From Chlamydiales bacterium (GTDB lineage Bacteria > Chlamydiota > Chlamydiia > Chlamydiales > JAAKFR01): DNA of 38,179 nucleotides. This document shows positions 22,532 through 31,270 of this stretch, in pieces; positions within the stretch are counted from its first letter, which is position 1; each line of letters opens with the position of its first letter. The stretch is from contig JBJXGG010000016.1 of the NCBI GenBank assembly GCA_046153495.1, positions 1-38,179 of the forward strand, given 5' to 3'. Both the position numbers and the translations under genes were made by a program. The notes under the pieces are model-generated. The model saw only the letters and a program-made list of their open reading frames with translations. It did no database searches and was not told the DNA's origin.

Positions 22532-23588
22532 GAGTATTTTGTATCATGCAGTCGAGTTGAGTCGCCAGATCTAATCTTTTTATTTTTTGTCGGATAGCAA
22601 GAGAGCTTTCAGGAGTTTTCGGGTGAGCAAGGGCCTTTTGCAGAGCGGGTAACAGATCATCGATCGGGGCTACACAACCGCAATCGGGTGTGAGAATTTC
22701 ATGGCTACCATTTGTGTCGGAGGAGACGACATAGAGCCCCATGGCAAGGGCTTCGAGAGTCACATTCGCAAATGGATCATAGATCGAAGGGACGACAAGC
22801 GCATCTGCCTTTTGGTAGAAGGGAATAAGATCGCTCTTTTGTCCTACGTATGTGACATAAGAAGGTGCTCTTTTTTTATAATATTCGAGATTCTTATCTT
22901 TGCCCACCACAGTGAGGTGAAAATTCCCTTCGAGCTTCTCTAAAGCATCCAGAAGAAATGGTAATCCTTTACGTCGATAGTCGTTACCTACGAACAGAAA
23001 TTGGAAGCGGCCGGGATTATAGCTTCTTTGCCCAAAGGGTTTCGCATATCCTTCCCAGTTGATTCCATTGTGCACTACAAGAATTTTCTTAGGATCGACG
23101 GGATAACGTTCCAAAATCTCTCTTTTGACCATTTCTGAGTTGGTAAAGAGCATTTTTAGTTGGGGGTGACAAAAGGCCTTTTTCTCTAACTTTTTGATGG
23201 TACGATGCAGAGGATTGATAAAAAAAGAGAAGCGTTTTAAGGGCGATTCGATACGAGCACGTTGTTGCAAGTAAGCGCTATGTACCCCACTTCCGGCGCG
23301 GTAATGGGTTTGGAAGCTATTGCGCTCCATACCAAAGATGACATCCATTAGGTGCCTTTTCAGCCAGTGGCGACAGGCGCGATCAAAACTTTTATGATGA
23401 GCAAAGGAGATTTTATATGTGCACTTTAAGGAGATGACATCGAAAGGATATTTCTCGGGGACTTTCCCTGTGGTTAAGATTGTGACCTGATCCCCTCTCT
23501 CGTGATAGCGCTGGGCCAGCATGATGGTATATTTTTCAAGCCCACCTTGGAAGGCGAGGTTACTTTTCAGCAGGGCGATTCGTTTCAT
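22524..23588 (-). CDS. glycosyltransferase family 4 (WaaG/RfaG-like)
   Basis: GT-B fold pattern: FLFVGNDYRRKGLPFLLDAL, VVPSIYDPFANVTLEALAMGLYVVSSDTNGSHEIL (EX7E region). ATGA overlap with the ybbR stop. Confidence 0.8.
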   Translation of the reverse strand: MKRIALLKSNLAFQGGLEKYTIMLAQRYHERGDQVTILTTGKVPEKYPFDVISLKCTYKISFAHHKSFDRACRHWLKRHLMDVIFGMERNSFQTHYRAGSGVHSAYLQQRARIESPLKRFSFFINPLHRTIKKLEKKAFCHPQLKMLFTNSEMVKREILERYPVDPKKILVVHNGINWEGYAKPFGQRSYNPGRFQFLFVGNDYRRKGLPFLLDALEKLEGNFHLTVVGKDKNLEYYKKRAPSYVTYVGQKSDLIPFYQKADALVVPSIYDPFANVTLEALAMGLYVVSSDTNGSHEILTPDCGCVAPIDDLLPALQKALAHPKTPESSLAIRQKIKRLDLATQLDCMIQNTHD

Positions 23589-24838
23589 TTTTTTGGTTCC
23601 ACAATCTGTAATGAGATTTTGTTAGCGTCGATATCTGCATTGAGCCGCAAGCGTTCGCCATTGTCGGTAAAGAGCTCTAAATTCCGGACATAGTCGCGGA
23701 AGCGATCTCGAATGGTTTGTTCGCTATATTTGGTAAAAGTGTCATGACTCTCTTTGTATACCTCCTCCATCTCCTTAAGAGTAGCGGCAACAAAGCTGTT
23801 TTCGAGTGCGCGCTCATCGATAAATTCGACTACCCAATCCAATGAGGTTTTTGTGCTTTTAGGAGCAGCGATAATGGTCAATAAAAGGTTATCACGAACG
23901 GTATCTAAAAAGAGGCGGCTCACATCTTGTACATAAAGGGGACGTGTGAGCAGTTTTAATCCATTTTTCTTCTGAATATAGCTATTCGTGGCTAGAGAGT
24001 AGGTTTGAGGATTGATCGTCCGTGAATATTTGACAGGAAAGAAAATGGTGATCGGCAACTCTACGCCTAACGGAATCAACGCCTGTTTGAGAAAGTCGAT
24101 ACGCATCAATTTTGAGCGCGGGTCATTGAATGGCTCTAAGGAGTTTCCTTTAAAAGGAATTGCTACGCTTTTCCACGAATTGGGCACAAAAAAACTGATT
24201 TCATCAGTTTGCGACTGGCCGCTGACCGAATCGAGCTCAGCTTGCGTGATTTTATTGAGGTTATAAATTACCTCGAGTCCACGCTGCTTTAAAGCTTGCA
24301 CCTGCTCTTCGGGGCCCGTGACCTTTTGTGTGAGATATTTAGGCCACACATCCAGAAATTGGTACCCTTTGGGGGGATCGCCAAACGGCTTATTGATGGT
24401 AAGGGGAACCTCCTCCGTTACCAGCTTGCTCATTTTCATGAAGAGATCGTTGGAAGTAACAGAGCAGATATCTTTTTTCCAATCAGGGTTTTCCTCGTAG
24501 AGATTGCTTAGATTTTTTTTATTGATCGCGGCGATCCAGCTCTCTTTTTTCCCCTCTGCATTAATGACTATCTCCAAATCATTCGATACTAAATCGCTGA
24601 CAACCGATTTCACGCCCGTAATCGATATCGAGATCCGATATTTCATATAGCCATTAGGAAGAAGACCCAAGACCGTTTTATTCCGGGGCAGATTGATCAC
24701 ACGGACAGGAACATTGGGGATAGTGCGTGTAATGGTGATGGTTTGACTGATCAAAAACCATACGATGATAGCTGTCGTGAGAGCAACCAATTTCCGAGGC
24801 CAATTTTTGATGAAGATGCGTTGTAAAATCTCTCTCAT
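23585..24838 (-). CDS. ybbR: YbbR/CdaR-like domain protein (regulator partner of the diadenylate cyclase)
   Basis: N-terminal anchor KLVALTTAIIVWFLISQ, followed by repeated beta-rich modules (VPVRVINLP...). It is directly downstream of cdaA and translationally coupled to it by an ATGA overlap, which is the canonical cdaA-cdaR arrangement. Confidence 0.75.
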   Translation of the reverse strand: MREILQRIFIKNWPRKLVALTTAIIVWFLISQTITITRTIPNVPVRVINLPRNKTVLGLLPNGYMKYRISISITGVKSVVSDLVSNDLEIVINAEGKKESWIAAINKKNLSNLYEENPDWKKDICSVTSNDLFMKMSKLVTEEVPLTINKPFGDPPKGYQFLDVWPKYLTQKVTGPEEQVQALKQRGLEVIYNLNKITQAELDSVSGQSQTDEISFFVPNSWKSVAIPFKGNSLEPFNDPRSKLMRIDFLKQALIPLGVELPITIFFPVKYSRTINPQTYSLATNSYIQKKNGLKLLTRPLYVQDVSRLFLDTVRDNLLLTIIAAPKSTKTSLDWVVEFIDERALENSFVAATLKEMEEVYKESHDTFTKYSEQTIRDRFRDYVRNLELFTDNGERLRLNADIDANKISLQIVEPKK

Positions 24839-25620
24839 TTAGGCAACTTCCATAGTTTAAGTTTCTTCTTCAACTCAGGGGGAGTGAAAATACTACGCAA
24901 AATACCTCGGAAGCGGTCGATTTTAATACCGCGAGTTAAAATTCCTTCTCGTGCGATAGAGACTTTTCCCGTCTCTTCAGAGACCACAATGATTACCGCA
25001 TCTGTTTTTTGACTCGCTCCGAGAGCGGCTCGGTGGCGAGTGCCCATCGTCTTGGTCAGCTGTGCCGTCTCATGAGCGAGAGGTAAAATTGTCCCTGCTG
25101 CCACGATTTTTGTGCCTCTCACGACTACAGCGCCGTCATGTAGAGGCGTTGTGGTCATGAAAATAGACTCCAAAAGTTCGGAGGAGAAATCGGCATTCAT
25201 TTTGAGGGCAGAGCTAGCATACTCTTCATATGAATCCTGATTTTCTAAAACAATCAATGCACCTACCTCTTTATCAGAGAAGCGATAGACGCTATCTGTG
25301 AGGTTCTCAAGAAATCGATCAAATTCGTGCACTTCCCGGAATTTTCTCCCTTTGATGCGCACTTTTGAGAGAGCAAGCCGGATTTCGGGTTGGAAAATGA
25401 CGAAGACAGCGATCACCGCGACATTCACCACGTTGAGCATGATTTTCGTGAGAACGGGGAACCCAAACCAGGTAGCGAGGAAAAAAATAAAGAGGAAAGC
25501 GAGGAATCCAAATACCACATCCATCGCCCTCGTACCCCAAAAGAATTTGAGAAGGTAGTTAACCATCACCCAAATGATAAGGATCTCGACGATAGGAATG
25601 AAAAAGTATAAAAAACTCAT
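24835..25620 (-). CDS. cdaA: diadenylate cyclase CdaA/DacA
   Basis: Three N-terminal TM helices, then a DAC domain with TPLHDGAVVV, GTRHRAALG and VSEETGKVSIA. Confidence 0.92.
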   Translation of the reverse strand: MSFLYFFIPIVEILIIWVMVNYLLKFFWGTRAMDVVFGFLAFLFIFFLATWFGFPVLTKIMLNVVNVAVIAVFVIFQPEIRLALSKVRIKGRKFREVHEFDRFLENLTDSVYRFSDKEVGALIVLENQDSYEEYASSALKMNADFSSELLESIFMTTTPLHDGAVVVRGTKIVAAGTILPLAHETAQLTKTMGTRHRAALGASQKTDAVIIVVSEETGKVSIAREGILTRGIKIDRFRGILRSIFTPPELKKKLKLWKLPK

Positions 25621-26408
25621 GAATTAACCGTCTGTAACCTCTCTAGCACGGTGAGAATTTCACGGTGTTCCCTTACATCATGAACGCGTACATAATCGAC
25701 TCCACCTAGCATCGCCATTGTATTTAGAGCAAGAGTTGTTGACAATACCTCGGTGACGCTTTTATTAAGGATTTTTTGCATAAAAGATTTTCTTGATAAT
25801 CCGATGAGAAGAGGGAATCCCATTTCTAGAAAAGTTTGGATATTTCCTAGCAGCTGAAGATTGTGGTCCACAGTTTTTCCAAAGCCGATTCCTGGATCCA
25901 AGATAATACGCTCCTTCAAGACACCCTCTTCTATAAGGAGGGCCGCCTGGACTTTAAACCAAGCCGCCACCTCACAAACGACTCCTTTTGGGTAGGAGGG
26001 TGCAAGCTGCATCTGTTGGGGATTTTTCTGCATATGCATTACAACGATAGGAACCGAAGAGAACACAGCGACCTTTCGCATTTCAGGGTTCGTGAAACCT
26101 GTCACATCATTAAGCATAGAGACCCCCAAATCGAGAGCCGCCCTGGCAACAGCAGGTTTATCTGTATCAATAGAAAGGGGAGTCGCTGTTCTTTTGCGCA
26201 GCTCTTCGATAAGGGGGCACACTCTATCTAGTTCCTCATCAATAGAAATAGGCGATGATCCCGGCCGGGTAGATTGTCCGCCGATATCGATGAGATCGGC
26301 TCCCTCTTGCGCCATTTTCAAACCGCGCTCCATCAACTCTCCCCAGCCACCATCGTAAAAGGAGTCGGGGGTAGCATTCAAGATAGCGATAATTTTTGTA
26401 GTTTTCAT
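25617..26408 (-). CDS. folP: dihydropteroate synthase
   Basis: IIAILNATPDSFYDGG, GADLIDIGGQSTRPG, SIDT, NDV, DPGIGFGK, GLSRKSF. I prefer the ATG at 26408 (MKTTKIIAILN); an alternative ATG lies at 26450. Confidence 0.92.
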   Translation of the reverse strand: MKTTKIIAILNATPDSFYDGGWGELMERGLKMAQEGADLIDIGGQSTRPGSSPISIDEELDRVCPLIEELRKRTATPLSIDTDKPAVARAALDLGVSMLNDVTGFTNPEMRKVAVFSSVPIVVMHMQKNPQQMQLAPSYPKGVVCEVAAWFKVQAALLIEEGVLKERIILDPGIGFGKTVDHNLQLLGNIQTFLEMGFPLLIGLSRKSFMQKILNKSVTEVLSTTLALNTMAMLGGVDYVRVHDVREHREILTVLERLQTVNS

Positions 26409-26475
26409 TTGAATTTTAACACACCTACTTACATCGTGGAGTCTTGGCATTGTACGCTAAAAAGGAAGAAAAGTC

Positions 26476-27867
26476 ATGGGAGAAATCGTGTTACTTTCGA
26501 GAATTCAGTTCGCCTTAAATATCGCCTTTCATTATCTCTTTCCTCCTCTCACAATAGGCCTCAGTCTTCTTCTAGTCATTATGGAAGCTGCTTATCTAGT
26601 GACCAAAAACAAAATTTACGAAACGATGACGAAATTTTGGGTGCAGATTTTTGCTGTGATTTTTGCTGTAGGGGTCGCAACTGGTCTCGTGCAAATATTT
26701 GCTTTTGGTACAAATTGGTCTCGATTTTCCCATTTTGTTGGGGACGTATTCGGTAGTATTCTGGGAGCTGAGGGGATTTTTGCCTTTTTCTTAGAGTCAG
26801 GCTTTGTAGCTCTTCTTCTTTTTGGATGGAATAAGGTTGGACCCAAAACACACTTCTTTTCGACGTTGATGGTGATGTTAGGCTCTCACTTTAGTGGACT
26901 TTGGATTGTTATCGCTAACTCCTGGATGCAAACGCCAGCTGGGCATACATTTGAAGGAGAAGGAGTGATGAGGCATGCGATTATAGATAGTTGGTGGGCT
27001 GTAGTCAATAACCCCTCCTCTTGGATACGTTATATCCACGTGATCCTGGGATGTTGGTTAGCGGGAGCCTTTCTAGTGCTTAGCGTGAGTGCCTTTTATT
27101 TATGGAAAAAGCGGCACACCGAAATAGCAAAGCGCGGCTTTTTGATAGCTCTCTTATTAGGCTCGTTCAGCGTGTTGGTACAAGGCCTTTCGGGCGACTC
27201 CACAGGTCGTGCAGTAGCGCGTCTCCAACCCCTCAAGCTAGCTGCTATGGAGGGGATATACAAAACGACAACACCTACCCCTCTCTTTCTTGTTGGTAAT
27301 AGTAATCCAAACGAGCAGGAGACAAAAGGGCTCTATATCCCTGGACTTCTTTCTTTTCTTGTTTATCGCAATTTTGATCAACCTGTACCCGGCCTAGATC
27401 AATTTCCTCGCGAATTGTGGCCTCCTGTTAACACAGTCTTTCACACCTATCATGGGATGTTAGTAATGTGGGGGCTGATGTTTTTAGGCTGCATTTTTGG
27501 TTGGATAGCCGTAGTACGATGGCGGAAACAAAAAACTACCCCCTGGATTATGTGGTACACTATGATTGCCGTGCTTTACCCCGAGATCGCCAACCAACTA
27601 GGGTGGTACACCGCAGAAATAGGGAGACAGCCGTGGGTAGTTTACGGCCTTTTGCGCACGACGGACGCCATTTCCCCTGGCTTATCTGTAGGCCAAGTAG
27701 TAAGTTCCCTCATCCTCTTTATCATCATCTACACCATGATCTTCATCATGTTTATCTATTTGTTAGATAGAAAGATTCGTCATGGTCCCCCAAATGAAGC
27801 GGTAGGATATGATGAATATAGAGACCCCTATAAAAGTAAAGTAAGCTCACACTACCTACCTGAATAG
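26476..27867 (+). CDS. cydA: cytochrome bd ubiquinol oxidase subunit I (short Q-loop type)
   Basis: LSRIQFALNIAFHYLFPPLTIG, GWYTAEIGRQPWVVYGLLRT. AAAGGAAG SD is present. Confidence 0.95.
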   Translation: MGEIVLLSRIQFALNIAFHYLFPPLTIGLSLLLVIMEAAYLVTKNKIYETMTKFWVQIFAVIFAVGVATGLVQIFAFGTNWSRFSHFVGDVFGSILGAEGIFAFFLESGFVALLLFGWNKVGPKTHFFSTLMVMLGSHFSGLWIVIANSWMQTPAGHTFEGEGVMRHAIIDSWWAVVNNPSSWIRYIHVILGCWLAGAFLVLSVSAFYLWKKRHTEIAKRGFLIALLLGSFSVLVQGLSGDSTGRAVARLQPLKLAAMEGIYKTTTPTPLFLVGNSNPNEQETKGLYIPGLLSFLVYRNFDQPVPGLDQFPRELWPPVNTVFHTYHGMLVMWGLMFLGCIFGWIAVVRWRKQKTTPWIMWYTMIAVLYPEIANQLGWYTAEIGRQPWVVYGLLRTTDAISPGLSVGQVVSSLILFIIIYTMIFIMFIYLLDRKIRHGPPNEAVGYDEYRDPYKSKVSSHYLPE

Positions 27868-27883
27868 TTACAAGGAGAATACG

Positions 27884-28921
27884 ATGATCACTCCACTAGA
27901 ACATGGATTTATGGTTTTCTGGTTCGTCATTATCATGGCATCCATGATGTACTACGCCATGTTAGATGGTTTTGACTTAGGTGTAGGCATGCTACATCTA
28001 TGTACGAAGAAAGATAATCACAGAAGACTCTTTCTCAATGCGATAGGGCCAGTCTGGGATGGAAATGAAGTTTGGTTAGTGGTATTTCTAGGCGGTATGT
28101 TAGCCGGTTTTCCTTTAGCCTATGCGACGCTACTTTCCGCTCTCTACATTCCCTCTACGATTATCATCTTTGCTCTTATATTTAGGGCTGTTTCCATAGA
28201 ATTTCGGAGTAAAAGACCGATGGTTTGGTGGCGTTCAATGTGGGACATCTTCTTTTCGCTGGGCAGTTTTCTAATCGCTTTTGGTGTCGGATGTGCTCTA
28301 GGAAACATGATCGAAGGGCTACCGATAAATGAGAATCGCGAGTACCAAGGAGGCCTAATTCTCACCTTTCTTCGACCCTACGCGATATTAGTAGGCATTA
28401 TGTCCGTCGCTCTTTTTCTCATGCATGGTGTTATTTTCCTAGTCATGAAAACCGACGGCGATCTACAAACCCAAGTGAAAAAATGGGTCCAACCTGCGCT
28501 AATTTTTTTTATAATCATGTACGTCACCACGACAATGGCGACTCTCATTTATCAGGAGCATATCGGCGAGCGATTCCGCCACATACCCTGGTTTTTCTTC
28601 ATAGCTTTAGCCAACATGTTAGTCATAGCTAATATCCCCAGATTAGTCACAAAAGGGAGCTACGGTTGGGCTTTTCTGAACAGTTGTGCCAACATAGCGC
28701 TATTAGTAGCGCTTTATGCCTGCAGCATGTTTCCTGAGCTGATCAGATCGAGTTTAGATCCCTCATTCAGTCTCACAATCACTAACAGTGCCGCTTCGGT
28801 GAAGACCTTCAAAGTATTAACAGTGATAGTCTGCATAGGTCTTCCTCTTGTGATTGCCTACATCTCGTGGCTCTACCACATTTTCCGAGGCAAAGTAACC
28901 TTAGATTCCCACTCTTATTAA
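27884..28921 (+). CDS. cydB: cytochrome bd ubiquinol oxidase subunit II
   Basis: It follows cydA after 16 nt, with an AAGGAG SD. DGFDLGVG and GPVWDGNEVWL are present. Polytopic membrane protein. Confidence 0.93.
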   Translation: MITPLEHGFMVFWFVIIMASMMYYAMLDGFDLGVGMLHLCTKKDNHRRLFLNAIGPVWDGNEVWLVVFLGGMLAGFPLAYATLLSALYIPSTIIIFALIFRAVSIEFRSKRPMVWWRSMWDIFFSLGSFLIAFGVGCALGNMIEGLPINENREYQGGLILTFLRPYAILVGIMSVALFLMHGVIFLVMKTDGDLQTQVKKWVQPALIFFIIMYVTTTMATLIYQEHIGERFRHIPWFFFIALANMLVIANIPRLVTKGSYGWAFLNSCANIALLVALYACSMFPELIRSSLDPSFSLTITNSAASVKTFKVLTVIVCIGLPLVIAYISWLYHIFRGKVTLDSHSY

Positions 28922-28988
28922 CCTGAATTTTGGGTTGTTCTTCCTCGTAATCAGAGGAGTTTTCTGAGATGATCTGGCAATTTTTTGC
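28920..28988 (+). repeat. family A interspersed repeat unit (solo copy)
   Basis: AACCTGAATTTTGGGTTGTTCTTCCTCGTAATCAGAGGAGTTTTCTGAGATGATCTGGCAATTTTTTGC. The cydB TAA stop (28919-28921) overlaps its first two bases. It matches the reverse complement of 4783-4851 at 65/69 positions. Confidence 0.9.
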
Positions 28989-29058
28989 GTAAGGTGAGTT
29001 ATTAACGAGCAGAAACCAACAGTGGGATATAGACATAGGTGCATAGTACTTTTGAAGC

Positions 29059-29089
29059 AAAAAAACCCTGCACCGAGTGGTGCAGGGTT
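29059..29089 (-). terminator. rho-independent terminator of the SH3-domain gene (possibly also stops cydAB read-through)
   Basis: Perfect 11-bp GC-rich stem AACCCTGCACC / GGTGCAGGGTT (29064-29074 / 29079-29089) with a 4-nt loop. On the minus strand a T7 run follows it. It lies 9 nt after the stop at 29098-29100. Confidence 0.75.
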
Positions 29090-29097
29090 AGAAAAAA

Positions 29098-30333
29098 CTA
29101 CTCTACTGAGAGTACAAAATAGGCTGGATAAGCAAAATGATTGTTTGGACGAGGTGCCACTCGGATCGTTACGTTCTTGCCCACCATTTTCTGCAAATTC
29201 ACACGCGTGCTGTATAGGAACGCGACAGGATGGTTGTTATGACGCAGAACGAAGTCTCCAGGAACATTCTTCACCGGACGGTTGTAAGGTTCCAACATTC
29301 CACTGATGTAAATCGCATGCAAATTCTCATGACGATAAAAATCTTCGATAGAGTCCTCGTTGTTGGCAGCTGCCCACAAGTGAAACAGCGCCTGCTCCAT
29401 AGGTTCCCAAAGAAGCATCTTATCGGTCATTTCTTGATCAGACAAAGTGGAAGAGAGACCCATTGTCTCGCTCGCTGCTAAACCTACTTCCGCTATTGCA
29501 CTCTCCTCCTGCACAGGATTCACCTTAATCCCTAACGCAGCTAACTTGTCGAGCTGCTCCTGAGAAAACTCTACAATAGAAGTGCTGTTGTTCGTGCGAC
29601 TCTCTAAAAAGGCGATTTTCTTCTGTACGTATAACTCTTGAATCAATCGGTTTGCATCATGTGCACTCGCACAAATGTCCGGTAGGTCAGCGTATGTAGT
29701 CGTAATATGCGTAAACTTGTTATTCACCGCATCAAGATCGATGTGAGGCAGCGTCTTCTGGATCTCATTTTGCGCAAATAAAAAGGTCGCACTCAAGAGA
29801 TGCATAGCTTCATGGTGACGTGACTCCAACTGTGCAATTAATTCAATGGGGCCTTTCTTATCGATGAATTCTTTTGCGATGTAAAAATATGCCGTCTTAG
29901 GTAGATCTATTTCTAGCCATTTGTTGTTCGCATCACTCACAGAGGAGCTTACCTTATCACCCGTATTGAGACGGGCAATCACCGGCGCCTCAATGTCGGG
30001 GTAGAGACGGACGTTAACTCGCTCGCCTTCAATCGTGTTATCTAACACAAAAGTGCGGAATACATATCCCTTCGTGCCCCGAGGTGGAGAGATTGCGTAG
30101 TAGCCGTTCTCTTCCCCTAAAACACCAAACATCTCATTGGAACTCGTCTCACAAATAACGTGCCCCTCTAAGTTGGGTTGTGTGCGAAGACGCACTTTAG
30201 AACCAACCACACTTCCTGTGAATGGCTCAAATGCAGCACTTTGTAACGTGACTGTCTCCTCATTAGCGCGTAATTCACCCTGTACTATAGTCAGGCAACA
30301 TGTGACCATTGTCGCGATAAGCAATTTTGTCAT
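29098..30333 (-). CDS. secreted protein with two N-terminal bacterial SH3 domains (Ctad1/CT017-like putative adhesin)
   Basis: Signal peptide MTKLLIATMVTCCLTIVQG. Two SH3b-like modules: SKVRLRTQPNLEGHVICETSSNEMFGVLGEENGYYAI and ERVNVRLYPDIEAPVIARLNTGDKV...NKWLEIDLP. It lies next to cydAB and phoH, as CT017 does in my recollection. Confidence 0.7.
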   Translation of the reverse strand: MTKLLIATMVTCCLTIVQGELRANEETVTLQSAAFEPFTGSVVGSKVRLRTQPNLEGHVICETSSNEMFGVLGEENGYYAISPPRGTKGYVFRTFVLDNTIEGERVNVRLYPDIEAPVIARLNTGDKVSSSVSDANNKWLEIDLPKTAYFYIAKEFIDKKGPIELIAQLESRHHEAMHLLSATFLFAQNEIQKTLPHIDLDAVNNKFTHITTTYADLPDICASAHDANRLIQELYVQKKIAFLESRTNNSTSIVEFSQEQLDKLAALGIKVNPVQEESAIAEVGLAASETMGLSSTLSDQEMTDKMLLWEPMEQALFHLWAAANNEDSIEDFYRHENLHAIYISGMLEPYNRPVKNVPGDFVLRHNNHPVAFLYSTRVNLQKMVGKNVTIRVAPRPNNHFAYPAYFVLSVE

Positions 30334-30553
30334 GAATAAACTCCCTTGGTTACAACCTTGGTGAAGCCTCTAATGATGGAAAAGATTCAGAGGCCTTCTA
30401 ACCTTTTTTCCAACTTTGTAGCCTTTCTTATGGATTAGTGCAAGAAAAAACGTATCTGTTTGGTGTGAAGACGTCCTGTTAAAATCCAGACTGTTAGAGC
30501 CAGATTTTTGTACACTAGATAGCAATTAAGAATCTAAATATTGTGATGCAAGT

Positions 30554-31270
30554 TCAACTGGACAGCACGGCTTTAATGTGCTCACAATGCTCATGACCAC
30601 AAGTGCATCCCACAGGATTGCCTAAAAAGACGTTGTAGTGTTCATGGACGTCTAAAGGGTTTGTGACAGAGTAGAGGTTCTCCCCGATCTGATGAATGTC
30701 CCAATTGTGGAATTGTAAATCTTCCTCAGATACGGGCTCTTCCACCGCCTCCTTAGGAACGCCATGGATAGCGCGCGCTAACTGGCAATGGACACAATTA
30801 CAATGGGGTTCTGCTTTCGGAAATGCATCCAGATCACCATTTGTAACAAGTTTTGCGATCCCAGAAATCTTCTCCAAAACCTCAGGCGGAATATCAGCCG
30901 TGTTAGCCATCGCCTGATTGTGCTGCATCGCATTCTCTAGATTCTCTACGCCAGGAAGGCCGCTGATACCAAAACGGATCGGAAGATTGGCCACCTGGTC
31001 CGGTGTCAGACCAAATAATGGTGTGGACGCGCTTTTCTTAGGTACCTCTCCCTTCAATTCGAAGTACTGCAAATGGGCACTAAAGGCAATATCGATAATA
31101 GAATGCTCCAACTTAGGAATGGATATCAGTTGTCCATCCACCAAGTGAAGCTGCAATGTGAGAAGACCCGTCTCTGAGTCCTCTTCTGTCTTCATAAAAG
31201 CTACCTGGTCCCAAGTAGCTGATATATAGGGGGGGATACATATTATGTTTGTGTCAATCTTAGCTTTCAT
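30554..31270 (-). CDS. hypothetical protein with C-terminal SWIM-type zinc finger
   Basis: ATG at 31270 with GAGG 9 nt upstream; the maximal ORF starts at GTG 31348. Two Cys/His clusters: HCNCVHCQLARAIHG and GCTCGHEHCEHIKAV (CxC...CxH SWIM pattern). Confidence 0.65.
   Translation of the reverse strand: MKAKIDTNIICIPPYISATWDQVAFMKTEEDSETGLLTLQLHLVDGQLISIPKLEHSIIDIAFSAHLQYFELKGEVPKKSASTPLFGLTPDQVANLPIRFGISGLPGVENLENAMQHNQAMANTADIPPEVLEKISGIAKLVTNGDLDAFPKAEPHCNCVHCQLARAIHGVPKEAVEEPVSEEDLQFHNWDIHQIGENLYSVTNPLDVHEHYNVFLGNPVGCTCGHEHCEHIKAVLSS

Noticed and set aside
30363-30409. Terminator-shaped hairpin on the plus strand (GAAGCCTCT...AGAGGCCTTC followed by T6) between two minus-strand genes. It could mark an antisense sRNA.
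   Set aside because: The stem is only 9 bp with a bulge. The orientation fits neither flanking gene, and no plus-strand promoter or ORF is evident. This is too weak to report as a feature.
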